Under the pieces are notes generated by a model. That model ran no database searches and had not been told where the DNA came from. It saw only the letters and a program-made list of their open reading frames with translations. A stretch of DNA of 63,629 nucleotides, counting the filler, from Vezdaea acicularis (lineage: Eukaryota), in assembly GCA_026025075.1 (NCBI GenBank). It is 3 parts of 3 records of this genome, joined end to end, with 100 filler letters (N's around TTAATTAATTAA, not from the genome) between each part and the next. Parts side by side here need not be neighbours in the genome. Positions count along the whole stretch, not along the records: positions 1 to 24,913 come from JAPEUI010000180.1; 2 more parts are not named here. The stretch is one strand, 5' to 3'. A program made the position numbers and the translations under genes. Shown piece after piece: positions 13,771-24,460 of this stretch (its first letter is position 1; each line of letters starts with the position of its first letter).

Positions 13771-14880
13771 CTAGACAACCGCATCAGCAGCGCTATCCTC
13801 TGGAGTCTCTTCTTTCTCAAACCCTGATACATGGCGGTGTCCACTTGAGCCTTTCCAGATCGTTCCAAGCATACGACTGGATATAGGATGGAGAGTCGGG
13901 AGGCAAGCGCAGATGATGGCTAAGCATTCTTCGCCGGGTGTGGCGTACGCATCGCCTATGAAGCTGACTACAACGCTATTAGCACGGAGAGGTTCTCGAA
14001 ATGATGAATCATATAAGGAACGCACATGAAGGGTCGAAAGCATTAAAGCGTTTGTAATAGACTATGCGAATAATGCTTGTCGCGAAAGTTCTGATATGGG
14101 TCAGCGGAATTCAAGCATCTGGGGCCAGAATGGAAGGCTTACAATCCAGCAAGGAAGAAGAGCAACGAGAGGCCGAGCTTCTGCAGTGTAGTTATCCGCA
14201 ATCTCCACACATTCGGCATCGGTAGAAGTATGATATAGGTATCCGTTATAACATTGAGAACTGCAGTCGCCCAATAGAAATTATTGCTATTGATGCACTT
14301 CCCCTTGACCGTGAAGTCCCAGAAGGCGCGCACTGGGTGACAGGCGAAGATGGCGACTAGCACGTTCGAGACTAGCATGAGCGTGATGAAGCCAATGCCG
14401 AACCATATCGCGCCGCTGAAGATACGGTTGCGTGCGGGAAATATGCGGCGATAGAAGAGGAGGATGGAGATCTTCACGAAGGGGTAGGTTAAGAGGTTCA
14501 AGATGTTGTATGAATAATTCAGTTTTGCAAAGAGGGAGATCTGTTTCGCGCTGAGGGTTATCCAATGCTTCCCTAGCCCGGCTCGGAAGGAATATATGAG
14601 TAGGACAATAAAGGAGCCTTCTGCGAGTATCTAGATATTGATCTGTCAGTGCTGCGGAACCTGGAGGTCTTCAACGGGTTGCTCATACGAGCCCAACGAT
14701 GATCATATAATCATCTGCCTTGAACTTCAGCTTTTCGACCTTCCTCGAAACCAGCCTCAGGGCCACAAATAAGAGTGAGAGCACCACGCAAATGATGAAA
14801 AAGGCCTCGAGGTTGGGAGACTTGTTATTATGAATATCGTCCATCTGAGCCTTTAACTCAGCCGGCGGGAGTGAAGCCAT
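13771..14880 (-). CDS. PTH11-like (fungal rhodopsin-domain) 7-TM membrane protein without CFEM; introns 14631-14688, 14091-14142, 13968-14025
   Basis: Motifs ALRLVSR, ADDY, GLGKH, KISILLFYRRIF, CHPVRAFWD, NVITD.ILLPMP.VW.L, SIIRI, E.CLAIICACLP join in frame across three introns. Confidence 0.88.
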
Positions 14881-16551
14881 GATGAGAATCTGCGCAAAGA
14901 AATTAAGGGATAAGACGGTTTAAAGAGAACCTTAAGTATGACAAGCTCAAGCCTAGGAGGTTTAAGAAATGTAACTTCGGCCCCAGAACGGAACTTATAT
15001 CGCGATGCCATGGCGATCCAGCTAAGCTCCCCATCAACAGTGCGACGTTCAATCCTGCAAGAATCGACTTCAGTTCCGCAATATGCTGTCAGCTGGTAGC
15101 TTGATTTCCTTGAACTTGCATGGTCACTTAGTCCTATTGGCTACCTGCCAATGTTGTGTAAGGAAGTGCCGGTCAGGAACTCTTGGGGTCCTAGCTCGTT
15201 GTGGAGAAGATCATCAGAACGGAGGTGCAAGCGCATGTTCATTGCCGTAAATTCTGACATAAGCTAGCCATGGAGCAGATCTCGGGACAGGGTCCTATAT
15301 AGCTTCTTGTAACAGGTCCATCGACAATCCTCGTGCACGAGAACTTGCCCAAAATCACCACCGCAATTATTTGCGTATGGATGCCGCTCATGTGTTAGAG
15401 TTCGGACATCCGACTGTGGAGAGGATTCAATGTACCTTGAAGCTCACCCCTAGAATCTCAAACAGAAGTCCGCCATCATCCTCAGGAAGCAAATGGGCAG
15501 ACTATTGCAATGAGTTAGATCAAGTGAGCCTTGGAAATTTGCATGCATATGAATCCTTCAAAGCCAGTAGCTCTGAACTGCTTCGAATGAGCCGGATTCT
15601 CGGAACCTTCTTACGCACACAATGGAACAGGTGCATTAAAGCTCTGGAGTTTATCTTGAAATGACCCGATCCGCTTGTGATATACCCTTCTTTGTGCGGT
15701 GAGAGAAATCTTGTGAGAAGACTTGCCCTTTGATATTTACCATTTGCGTGATACGCTTTTACGTGAGCCTAAATGGAAGATCGAACCGTCATGTGCATGG
15801 GACGTACTTTGATCGAGGCGAGCCATGACCCTTACTCACTCTTTTAAGGCTCTTCTAAGCAAAGCGCAAATGGCGTTAGGCTACAAAGACTCTTACTTGA
15901 TATTGTAGCATTGTTAATCAACTTGTACAATCGACCATAGGCTCTGGAAAACTGGGCATCCCGTCCGCTCTGCCATCCATAAACCAGAGACCGATCTGTC
16001 AGTAGTTGCGTCGGTGACGAGCAGCGAATATAGATTGTTGATTGTTTTTGACATTTTTGCCTGCCCAGGTCACTCTCTAGGTATGGCCTCTTTCATTTAT
16101 CAGGCATACGACAAGGCGGGTTGGAGCTTTTTGTAACTTCCGCGAATGTGGAAGCATATTTCCTATCTCCCACCTACCTTTTATACAGATGCGCGAGTCA
16201 CGGTCAAGGTTAGGGTCAGCAGTCGGTTGAGTAAATCTAAGCTAGCTTCCTGACGGATCACAGGTAGCTGAATAATGCATTCCGATAAAGGAAAACTCTT
16301 CAAGCAAAGTACCCGGTGTTGCAGTGGACTACGTTGAACTCTTTGGTGGCGATATTAAGAAATGGTCCGTAGCCTCTTCAGGAAGTCAAGGCCAAGGTCA
16401 CCTCAAAAGAACAGCAGAGTGGGGGTCACGTTGAAGCCATGTGCTTGGTCGACCTCGTAGATACGAGATTATCGACCCCCAAAATTCGTTACAAATACAT
16501 GTGTATGTATAATGTGTGATTCGAAGAAGGGGCTATGCACGTATCCTACCT

Positions 16552-18410
16552 TCAACGCCTACCCAATTTCCATTTAGCTATGCGGTCCTGTATCTCACTC
16601 CAACCCAGCTCCCTGCGCTTGACCCCTTCCTCCTCCCCTTCTTGCAAGACAATGGTCGGCGCACCAGTTCCCTTCCCAACGTTTTCGACCAGACCGCCCA
16701 CAACCTGTCTAGCAACGCGCTTGAGATCCTGAACTGTCAGTTCGTCTATTTTCCTACACATCTCCTTGACTCCAACCTTGCGCCCATGAACCTGGACCTG
16801 CCGGCCAAGGTCCTCTAGCTCGACCATTCGGCTTTCTAGGTTCATCAACAAAGAGCTTCTTAATTGATTTTTCGCTCGGTTGACTTCGGCGGGTTGTAAA
16901 CTCGAATATCCAGATTCCAGCGTCAAGGCTTGCAGCTCACGACACATGACTTCAAGCATTTGTGTGACTTTAGCAGGGCTGCAGCTCGCGCTTATGCCAA
17001 ATAGACCGGAGTCTGTGTAAGAGTGGTTGAACGCGACACAGCTTTCTACCCAGCCGTGTTGATTCAAAACGTTTGTGTAGAGTCGAGAGTACATTCCCTT
17101 CCCGGGACCACCGGCGCTAAAGGAGCCGCCACCGCCTAGAAGTGTTTGTAATGTTGCAAGTGCATAGATATCTTCAGAAGATATTGGAAAAGCCTCAAAG
17201 GCAATATGGATGTGGGATAAACGTGGAAGCGCAGGATTAGGGGGTGGTGGTAGTGGCGGTAATGAAAGAAACCCTCCAGTATAATGTGATGGAGTGTTGA
17301 GGTCTAGTGGTCCCGATTGAGGTGGTGTGATATCTATAGAGGAAATAGAGGCGTGATTCGTAGCGGAAGTAGAGAGGTTTTTGAAAAAGGGAATCTTAGA
17401 CAGAATCTTTGACGACTGCGACGAGGGAGAGGGAGGTGGAGATATTGAAGAGGCAGGTGACGAAGATCTGCTTCCGGAAAGCGAAGACGACGAATCGTTG
17501 ACCGATATATCCGAGCCTACTGATGAGAGCACCGGTCTTTCGCCCCGCATGTCTCCAAAGTACTCCTCGGCGAGTTTCATGGCCTTTTTGTGCGCGACAC
17601 CTGCAAAAGCCACCACCATTCTCTCGGGTTTAAAGAAGGCCTTTCTGTAAGCCTGAACAACGTTACGGTCGATATGCTCTAGCCTCTCCTTGGGACAAAG
17701 TAGTGGATTACCCAGAGTGTTATCCTTGTAGGCAGCTATATGCACTAGTTCCGGAAGAATCAGTTCCGGCTTTGACCAGATTTCTCCAATCTCATAATCC
17801 GCCGTTTCAAGCTGTTGTACGACTTCTTCGTCTGTTATCTGTGGATCTCGAATTGTCTCCGCCAGTAGGCCGAGTGCAGATGAGACGGAGCCATTGAACG
17901 TAGCCGACTGATACATCAGCGATTCTCGCGACGATGCGCATTGGATATTTCCTCCCAGCGATTCAATAGCCTCGAGCATCTGATCTGATGTGTGCTTCGA
18001 CGTTGACTGGCAAAGACAGTTAATGAAACCATTTCTCCTGACCATAGCTAAGAGCTAAGCTCACCTTGAAAGCAAGGCGATCTATTATATGGCTTACGCC
18101 CCGTAGGTATTCATTCTCATATCTTGACCCAGCGTCGACATAGACACCTATACCGGAAAAGTGGCCAGGCAAGGCCTCCGTTGCAACTCTGATGCCATTT
18201 GACAAGGTGCTGATCTCATCTAACTCTGTCGGATCCTATAATATATTAGATCAACGATGACTCTGTATAAGGAAACTTTGTCCAAACCTTTTGTAAGGCG
18301 TCGACCTGCGTCGCAAGCGTTCGCAAAGGATACCGCACTGCACTATGTATATTGAGAGCCGGTCTCAGCTTAACGCCCTTGAGTGAGCGTTGTCCCCGAT
18401 GCCGTATCAT
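16552..18410 (-). CDS. MAS2: Mitochondrial processing peptidase alpha subunit; introns 18236-18287 and 18007-18064
   Basis: Arg-rich presequence, LSNGIRVATE, non-catalytic HIIDRLAFKST in place of HxxEH, glycine-rich loop GGGGSFSAGGPGKGMYSRLY. Confidence 0.96.
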
Positions 18411-19008
18411 GATTACGGATTTTTGTCTGGGCGCAGAACGCCGTTAGGATGATAGATATCCGAAGCTTGTTCCTTCAAGCCGAAAACTTCGACGGTTTCC
18501 CAGCGGGAGTTGCCGTCCGCTCTAATGCTTACTCATTCCAGCTGAGGAAGAGTCCGAACAAAGTCACTGAACCCATGATCTTTAAGGAGGTTAAATACTC
18601 AGAAACTTAGTGCGACCCTTTCTTTTTATTTAGCACACGATACTCCTTACCGGTCATGTCTCCCGTATGAGACTGATACCAGGCAATAATCCCTATTTAG
18701 ATATTTCGCTGTACTGTTGCGTCAAGAAGCTAAGCGAATCTGGAGGGACCTTACCCCGAGTCCGAATCCTGCCTCTGATACGGAACACAACAGTACCGAC
18801 GTTCACTTAACTCACCGCCTGAGCCTTGTCCCTCCCTTGTAAAGCCAATAGGCTATTGCGTGTGTCAAGCTCTTCTGAACATAGGGAGAACAGTGACCCA
18901 AGGAGACAAATGGACACTTGACACCTCTTTGATCTAATATTGATTCATCACCCCGCGTTAGGATTTCCATGACTCTTTAGAAGGAGGGTCGGGACCTGAA
19001 AAGTACAA

Positions 19009-21121
19009 ATGTTTACGCAAACCGCTCCTTCCCCTCCAACGCTGTCTTCAACTGAGTCGCTTCCTTCGCCATCATCCCCTACACGACAGAGTCGATTGAG
19101 AGGTCTGAGCTACCTCCGCAACTATACGCAGAATCACATCAGCCCACGCATAGGTAGCGACTCGGCGCAAGCAACCGGCGCTACAGCAGCGCAGGCTAGT
19201 GGTTACTCCTCTGGAAGCCAACATCATAATTCTTCGAGCGTTATCCATTCCTCGCAATCGCAAAATCCGCCTGCAGCTGCCGCAACGGTGGATTTGGGGC
19301 AGCAAAGTCCGTCAAGTGGCTGGCTACCTACCGTTGGGGGCCGGAGTGTTCTCTCAAAGGTCGCAACCAAACCACAGCCAACAGCTGCTAATCCTCCCGC
19401 TGCGGAGCTCACGGTCGACCCTGTTTCCTCTTCTCCGCTCAACGGTGCGGCAATGGTGCGAAATAGATCTGAAAGTTCGCCGTATTCGTACCGTGGTCTA
19501 GTGCCTACTCATAGTGCTGCAGCTGTCGAATTTGCGCGCTTAGATGGGCCGAACAGCAGTACTGGGCTTATCAGAAGTACTACTGGTGGTGATGACAGTT
19601 CTAGTCCGGCGGATCCACAAGGGCAGGCAATTGTGACCGAATCAGCACCCACAGTCACAGAGCCAGAATCCGCAACAACCACAGCACCACAAGCCCCGTT
19701 AACCGGACAATCTCCCTCAATTCGATTTGTACCCCACCAAGACCCGCGCGCCGCCCGCCCTTCATTGCATTTCCAGACAGTCACTCGTGTTCTTCCCGAC
19801 AGCAGCTCCGTTATACGTGTTGGCCGATATTCAGAACGAGAAGATAGAAACGCAGGGTCATCGAATCCGAATATATCATCTGCTCCTGTAGGCTTTAAAT
19901 CAAAAGTCGTCAGCCGGCGGCATTGCGAGTTCTGGTGTCAGAGTGGACAATGGTACATCAAAGATGTGCATAGTTCTTCCGGCACGTTTCTGAATCATAT
20001 CCGACTAAGTCCACCAAATGTGGAATCAAAGCCATTTCCGGTTAACGATGGGGATGTTGTGCAGCTTGGGATTGACTTTAAAGGCGGAGAAGAGATGATC
20101 TTTCGGTGTGTCAAAATCAGAGTTGAGTGTAATAGGGGTTGGCAGCAAGCTCTGAATAATTTCAAGTAAGTTTATCTAATTCTTAAGCGGAACCCCCTTT
20201 TCAACATGCGCAAGCGACTAAATAACCAACCGTTCTATAGTATGACGACTCATAAGAACCTGCGAAACCTTGCAAGAGGGGCGCAGGCCATTGCAAAGGC
20301 TGGCGCAAAGGCTGGAGCGAAGGATGGGAGTACAACGCCAACAGATAGTTCAGAGTGCTCAATATGCCTCATGTCCATTGCGGTATGTACTTCCTTTGTC
20401 TCCCAAGAGAGATGTAGGTGGCTAAGTCTAGAAGCCCTGTCAATCTCTATTCGTCGCCCCATGTTCGCACGTATGGCACTACAAATGTATAAGGCGGATT
20501 TTGAACGGCCCAACATGGCCCCAGTTTTTGTGCCCCAACTGTCGAGCGATATCAGACCTAGAAGCAGAAGTGGACGAACCGGAGGATCTGGAAGATTGGA
20601 TGAAGTTTGGAGAAACCGAAGATCAAGTCGCAAATGGAGTGCCTAGAGAAGAGGAGGATAGCACAAATAACCACGAGACATTAGACAACACCATCGGACA
20701 TGCTACTGTACCAATCATCAATCAAGATCAGCATATCTCTCAGCTTATCAGCACCCTCAACCTAGAAAACGTCACAGACGAAGACATAGCGCAAGCTATA
20801 ATTGCTCAGACGACAGCCAATCTCCTCGCTCGACGAACTGACAGCAATAACGAGGTAGTCCCACTTGACATTGGGCCAAGAGCCGCCGCCACAGAAGCCG
20901 AATCAACTCGGTCACTGCACGATCAAAGCCGCCACGGCCAACGAGCGACCACACCAATATCCTCAAGTAGGTTAGAGCCCGGGAACATAATCCTTTCAGG
21001 CGAAGGCCCCATGACGCCAAGAAACGATGCTGGGCCCTTCGTCTTTGACGGAAGCGCGGGTCGCGGCTCCTCGCGGCGCATCTCGAATATTGACGCTGCC
21101 GCGCAGCAGAGCCCCAATTGA
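19009..21121 (+). CDS. DMA1: FHA-RING E3 ubiquitin ligase, Dma1/Dma2 family; introns 20166-20240 and 20383-20434
   Basis: FHA motifs VGRYSER, FKSKVVSRRH, DVHSSSGTFLN, GDVVQLGIDF; spliced RING-H2 CSICLMSIAPCQSLFVAPCSHVWHYKCI...FLCPNCR. Confidence 0.93.
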
Positions 21122-21742
21122 GGTCCCTCTCTCCCCTCCGTCTTCCGTAGGACATTACACGACGTATACGACTCACGACGAGGTGGGATGGTCTGTTTGA
21201 CGAGCAAACCAGGTGGTCCCTTTATATCGCGCCCTCTGCATTCTAGCATTCAATCTCTTTCTGCTCTGTTGGTGGCAGCGTGAGAATCCATCATTCACAC
21301 GCCGCTTCAACCTTGTCGCGCATGTGGACCGGCGTTTAGGTTGCATAGGGTTGGGCGGCCAGGAGGGGGAGCAGTGGGGCTGGGCGACGCAACTGTTGGT
21401 ATATCGCTTTGTACTTTCATAGAGCTGTGAAATACCTTTTCGGGAATAAATGTAAAGTGATGTCTGACGTTTGGGGTTTGATGGTTGGGGGCGCTACGAC
21501 GTGCCGGCCCGAGCCTCTACCCTAGCCGCATCCGCAATCTCCAAATCTTATCGCGGGGTCCCGCTCGAGCCACTTGACGACCCCACACTTCATCCCTCCC
21601 GTAGCCACGCCGCATAACGCTAGAACAAAAGCCATCGCGCCTCTGAGTAACCATCTACCATCCACCTCTCCACTCAATACCATCCAAACTCCATCCATCT
21701 ACAGCTTTCCCACTTACCACCCACGAAAACCCTCCCAACACA

Positions 21743-22411
21743 ATGTCCACACCCACCCCCTCTCTCCCCACGGACCCCTCAACCATCCCCTCCCTCCCCC
21801 CCGAAACACAACAACACATCCTCGACCTCCTCTTCGAACCCAGCCCCGCCCTGCACAAACTCTCCCTCCCCCTTCCCGCGCCCCCAAAAACCTACTCTGC
21901 GCTGATCTCCACCATTCGGTCACACCTCCTAACGCTCCTCACCAGCCCCAGCACCACCGACGCCGAGACACTCGACGCGATCCTCAGCGCCCACCCGCGT
22001 CTCGGCGAGAAGAAGGTTGGAGTTGTGGGAAGTATAAGTCGGGCTGAGCAGGCGGGGTTGAATGCTAGGGATGGAGATGCGGATGGAGATGCGGAGGAGG
22101 AGGGAAGGAGGCTCGAGGAGTTGAATCGGCGGTATGAAGAGGTGTTTCCTGGGTTGCGGTATGTGGTGTTCGTGAAGGGGAGGGGGAGGGAGGTAATTAT
22201 GGGGGATATGGAGATGAGGATTCACCGTGGGGAGAGGCAGGTGGAGAGGAGGGAGGCGGTTGAGGTGAGTCAGTGCGCTATTTGTTTTTGTTGGCGTGAG
22301 GGGGGTAGGAGATAAAAGTTGTGGGAGGGGATTTGAGGCTGATCCTGGGATTAGGCCATGTGTGAGATTGCGCTTGATCGGGCGGAGAAGCTTGGGGGGG
22401 TGATGGAGTGA
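21743..22411 (+). CDS. OHCU decarboxylase family protein (urate catabolism); intron 22265-22354
   Basis: LDLLFEPS, ILSAHPRLG, SRAEQ, LNRRYEEVFPGLRYVVFVKGR, and spliced end AMCEIALDRA. Confidence 0.85.
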
Positions 22412-22635
22412 TTGATTGGGAGGTTTTAAGGGTAAAAGGGAAAAGGGGGGAGGGATGATGGAAAGGGACGGTCTGCTAGCCAGCAGATATACGGGAGTCA
22501 TGATAGCGTTTGGGTTGTATCAACACGCATGTCTGAAGCGAATCCTGTCACAGCCCGAGTTCAAGAAGATTGGCGAGCAATAGTTCTCTCTGGAAGGTGT
22601 ACTCGTGCCTACCAACCACCTTGCGCGTTCGCTTA

Positions 22636-22676
22636 GGTGGTGGACATACCAACGGAACAGACACACCAACGGGACA
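22636..22676 (+). repeat. Probable left terminal inverted repeat with two 17-bp direct repeats
   Basis: GACATACCAACGGAACA (22643-22659) and GACACACCAACGGGACA (22660-22676), 15/17 identical, start 7 nt after TA. Fot1-type TIRs of about 40-45 bp have this tandem layout. Confidence 0.65.
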
Positions 22677-22729
22677 AATATCCTATGCATCAGGGTGTCG
22701 ACCACTATACTTGACCATACGATCATTGA

Positions 22730-24439
22730 ATGATGTCCAATTATAGGGACAATGAAATCCGCCTTCAGGAAGTTTTAGTTGCTTATAAGCAGCTCGAAGA
22801 AACTTCCAACGCTCCCAAGTTACACGCCTGGGCACGTAGCTGTAAGGTCAGCTATAAACGTCTGTTGGCCCGATATAATGGCATGCCCTCAAAGCTAGGC
22901 AATTCTAATGCTCAGACATCCTTGGATATTGCCCAGGAGCATGCAATCTGTCAGTATATTGATTTGCGTCAAAGGATTCAATGTCCCATACGCCAACGGG
23001 AGCTTCGACCTTTAGCCAATTCACTTTTACAAAAAAACAATTCAACTCATCCCGGTGTCAGCACACGCTGGACAGCCCGTTTCCTAGCACGATATCCCCA
23101 ATATAACATTAAAAAACACAAAACGATAGCTGCAGAGCGTAGAGGGGCAATGGATTTTAACGCTATATCTAGACACTTTGTTGCCTTCAATGAAGCAATC
23201 ATAAATCACGGCGTCCAGACAGCAGATTTATATAACGTTGATGAATCAGGTTTTCAGTTGGGCATGGGACGGGCACAGAAAGTTATTTTGAATAAACTGT
23301 TGAAATCAGGACAAAACAAGGACACTATACCCAATTCTGCAAATCGAGAGAGTCTAACTGTTGTTGAGTGCATCAGTGCAGATGGGATTGTCCTTGCACC
23401 ATTGGTTATATTTGCAGCCAAACAGATTCGTGCGCCTTGGGTCAGCAATGACTTGGGTAACAAAATACTTCTAGCTGTCAGCGATACAGGTTATATCAAC
23501 GATGATATAGCTCTTGCTTGGATAAAACAGTTTGATAAGCTCAGCGCTAGGCGTCAGGTTGGCGCTGTCCGGATGCTTGTCCTAGATGGACACACAACAC
23601 ACCTGGGCATGGAGTTTGTTCAATATTGCGAAGAACAAAGCATTCATCTATTCTTACTGCCCCCTCATACGACCCATATATTGCAACCATTAGATGTGGG
23701 ATGCTTCCAACCTTATAAACACTATCAATCTGTTGTCCTGGATGAAGCTGCCTTGCAGGGCAACTTAGACTTCAACAAATTAGATTTCCTAGCTGCCCTT
23801 TCAATAGTCCGGAAACAAACCTTTAAACCAACAAATATATCTTCTGCGTGGCGCAGATCAGGATTGTGTCCTTATAATCCTGACCTAGTACTCAATGCAC
23901 TACCTAAGACGGGACAACCATCTCGTTCTAACGCTTTCATAACGCCCCCAAGGCTTGAAAGCCCTTCTCTGGACATGACACCCACAACAGTTGCCCAGGC
24001 AGATCAATTGGCAGAATACATTACCCAGCGTGTCCAGGACAAATTGCTTTCATCGCCTTTTAAAGATGACCTGGAACGTTTCGTCAAAGGCAGTCTATCA
24101 GCATTTTATACAAAAGAACGTATAGAAGAAGATCTACATCGCAATCAATCAGATGCCCTTGCCCGGGCAACTAGGAAAAGCTTAACTAATAGAGTAGTTC
24201 AGCAAGGTGGAGTCATCTCAGTGGGACAAGCTCGACAATCAGTCAAGAAGCGCCAGGAAGATGATGTTAAACAGCTAGAAGGGCAGCTTAAAAGGGCGCG
24301 GACTAAAGATTACAATAAGCGTCGGGCTGTCTTTAAGGCAGCGGCTGCTGCTGCTAGGGCTAAATTGAAAGCCCGGACACGATGGATGCGTTTAATGAAA
24401 GTTGTATTTATAGATATTAGAAAAGGATTGAAACAATAG
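22730..24439 (+). CDS. pogo/Fot1-family DDE transposase, 569 aa, intronless
   Basis: CENP-B-like HTH (QEHAICQYI...WTARFLARYP) and catalytic triad YNVDESGF / LVLDGHTTH / HILQPLDVGCF. Confidence 0.95.
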   Translation: MMSNYRDNEIRLQEVLVAYKQLEETSNAPKLHAWARSCKVSYKRLLARYNGMPSKLGNSNAQTSLDIAQEHAICQYIDLRQRIQCPIRQRELRPLANSLLQKNNSTHPGVSTRWTARFLARYPQYNIKKHKTIAAERRGAMDFNAISRHFVAFNEAIINHGVQTADLYNVDESGFQLGMGRAQKVILNKLLKSGQNKDTIPNSANRESLTVVECISADGIVLAPLVIFAAKQIRAPWVSNDLGNKILLAVSDTGYINDDIALAWIKQFDKLSARRQVGAVRMLVLDGHTTHLGMEFVQYCEEQSIHLFLLPPHTTHILQPLDVGCFQPYKHYQSVVLDEAALQGNLDFNKLDFLAALSIVRKQTFKPTNISSAWRRSGLCPYNPDLVLNALPKTGQPSRSNAFITPPRLESPSLDMTPTTVAQADQLAEYITQRVQDKLLSSPFKDDLERFVKGSLSAFYTKERIEEDLHRNQSDALARATRKSLTNRVVQQGGVISVGQARQSVKKRQEDDVKQLEGQLKRARTKDYNKRRAVFKAAAAAARAKLKARTRWMRLMKVVFIDIRKGLKQ

Positions 24440-24460
24440 AAAATGGATATTAGGACATTT

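Noticed and set aside
1491..21121. Several ubiquitin-system genes close together (arrestin, TUL1, DMA1)
   Set aside because: Unrelated pathways and large gene classes; proximity is plausibly chance.
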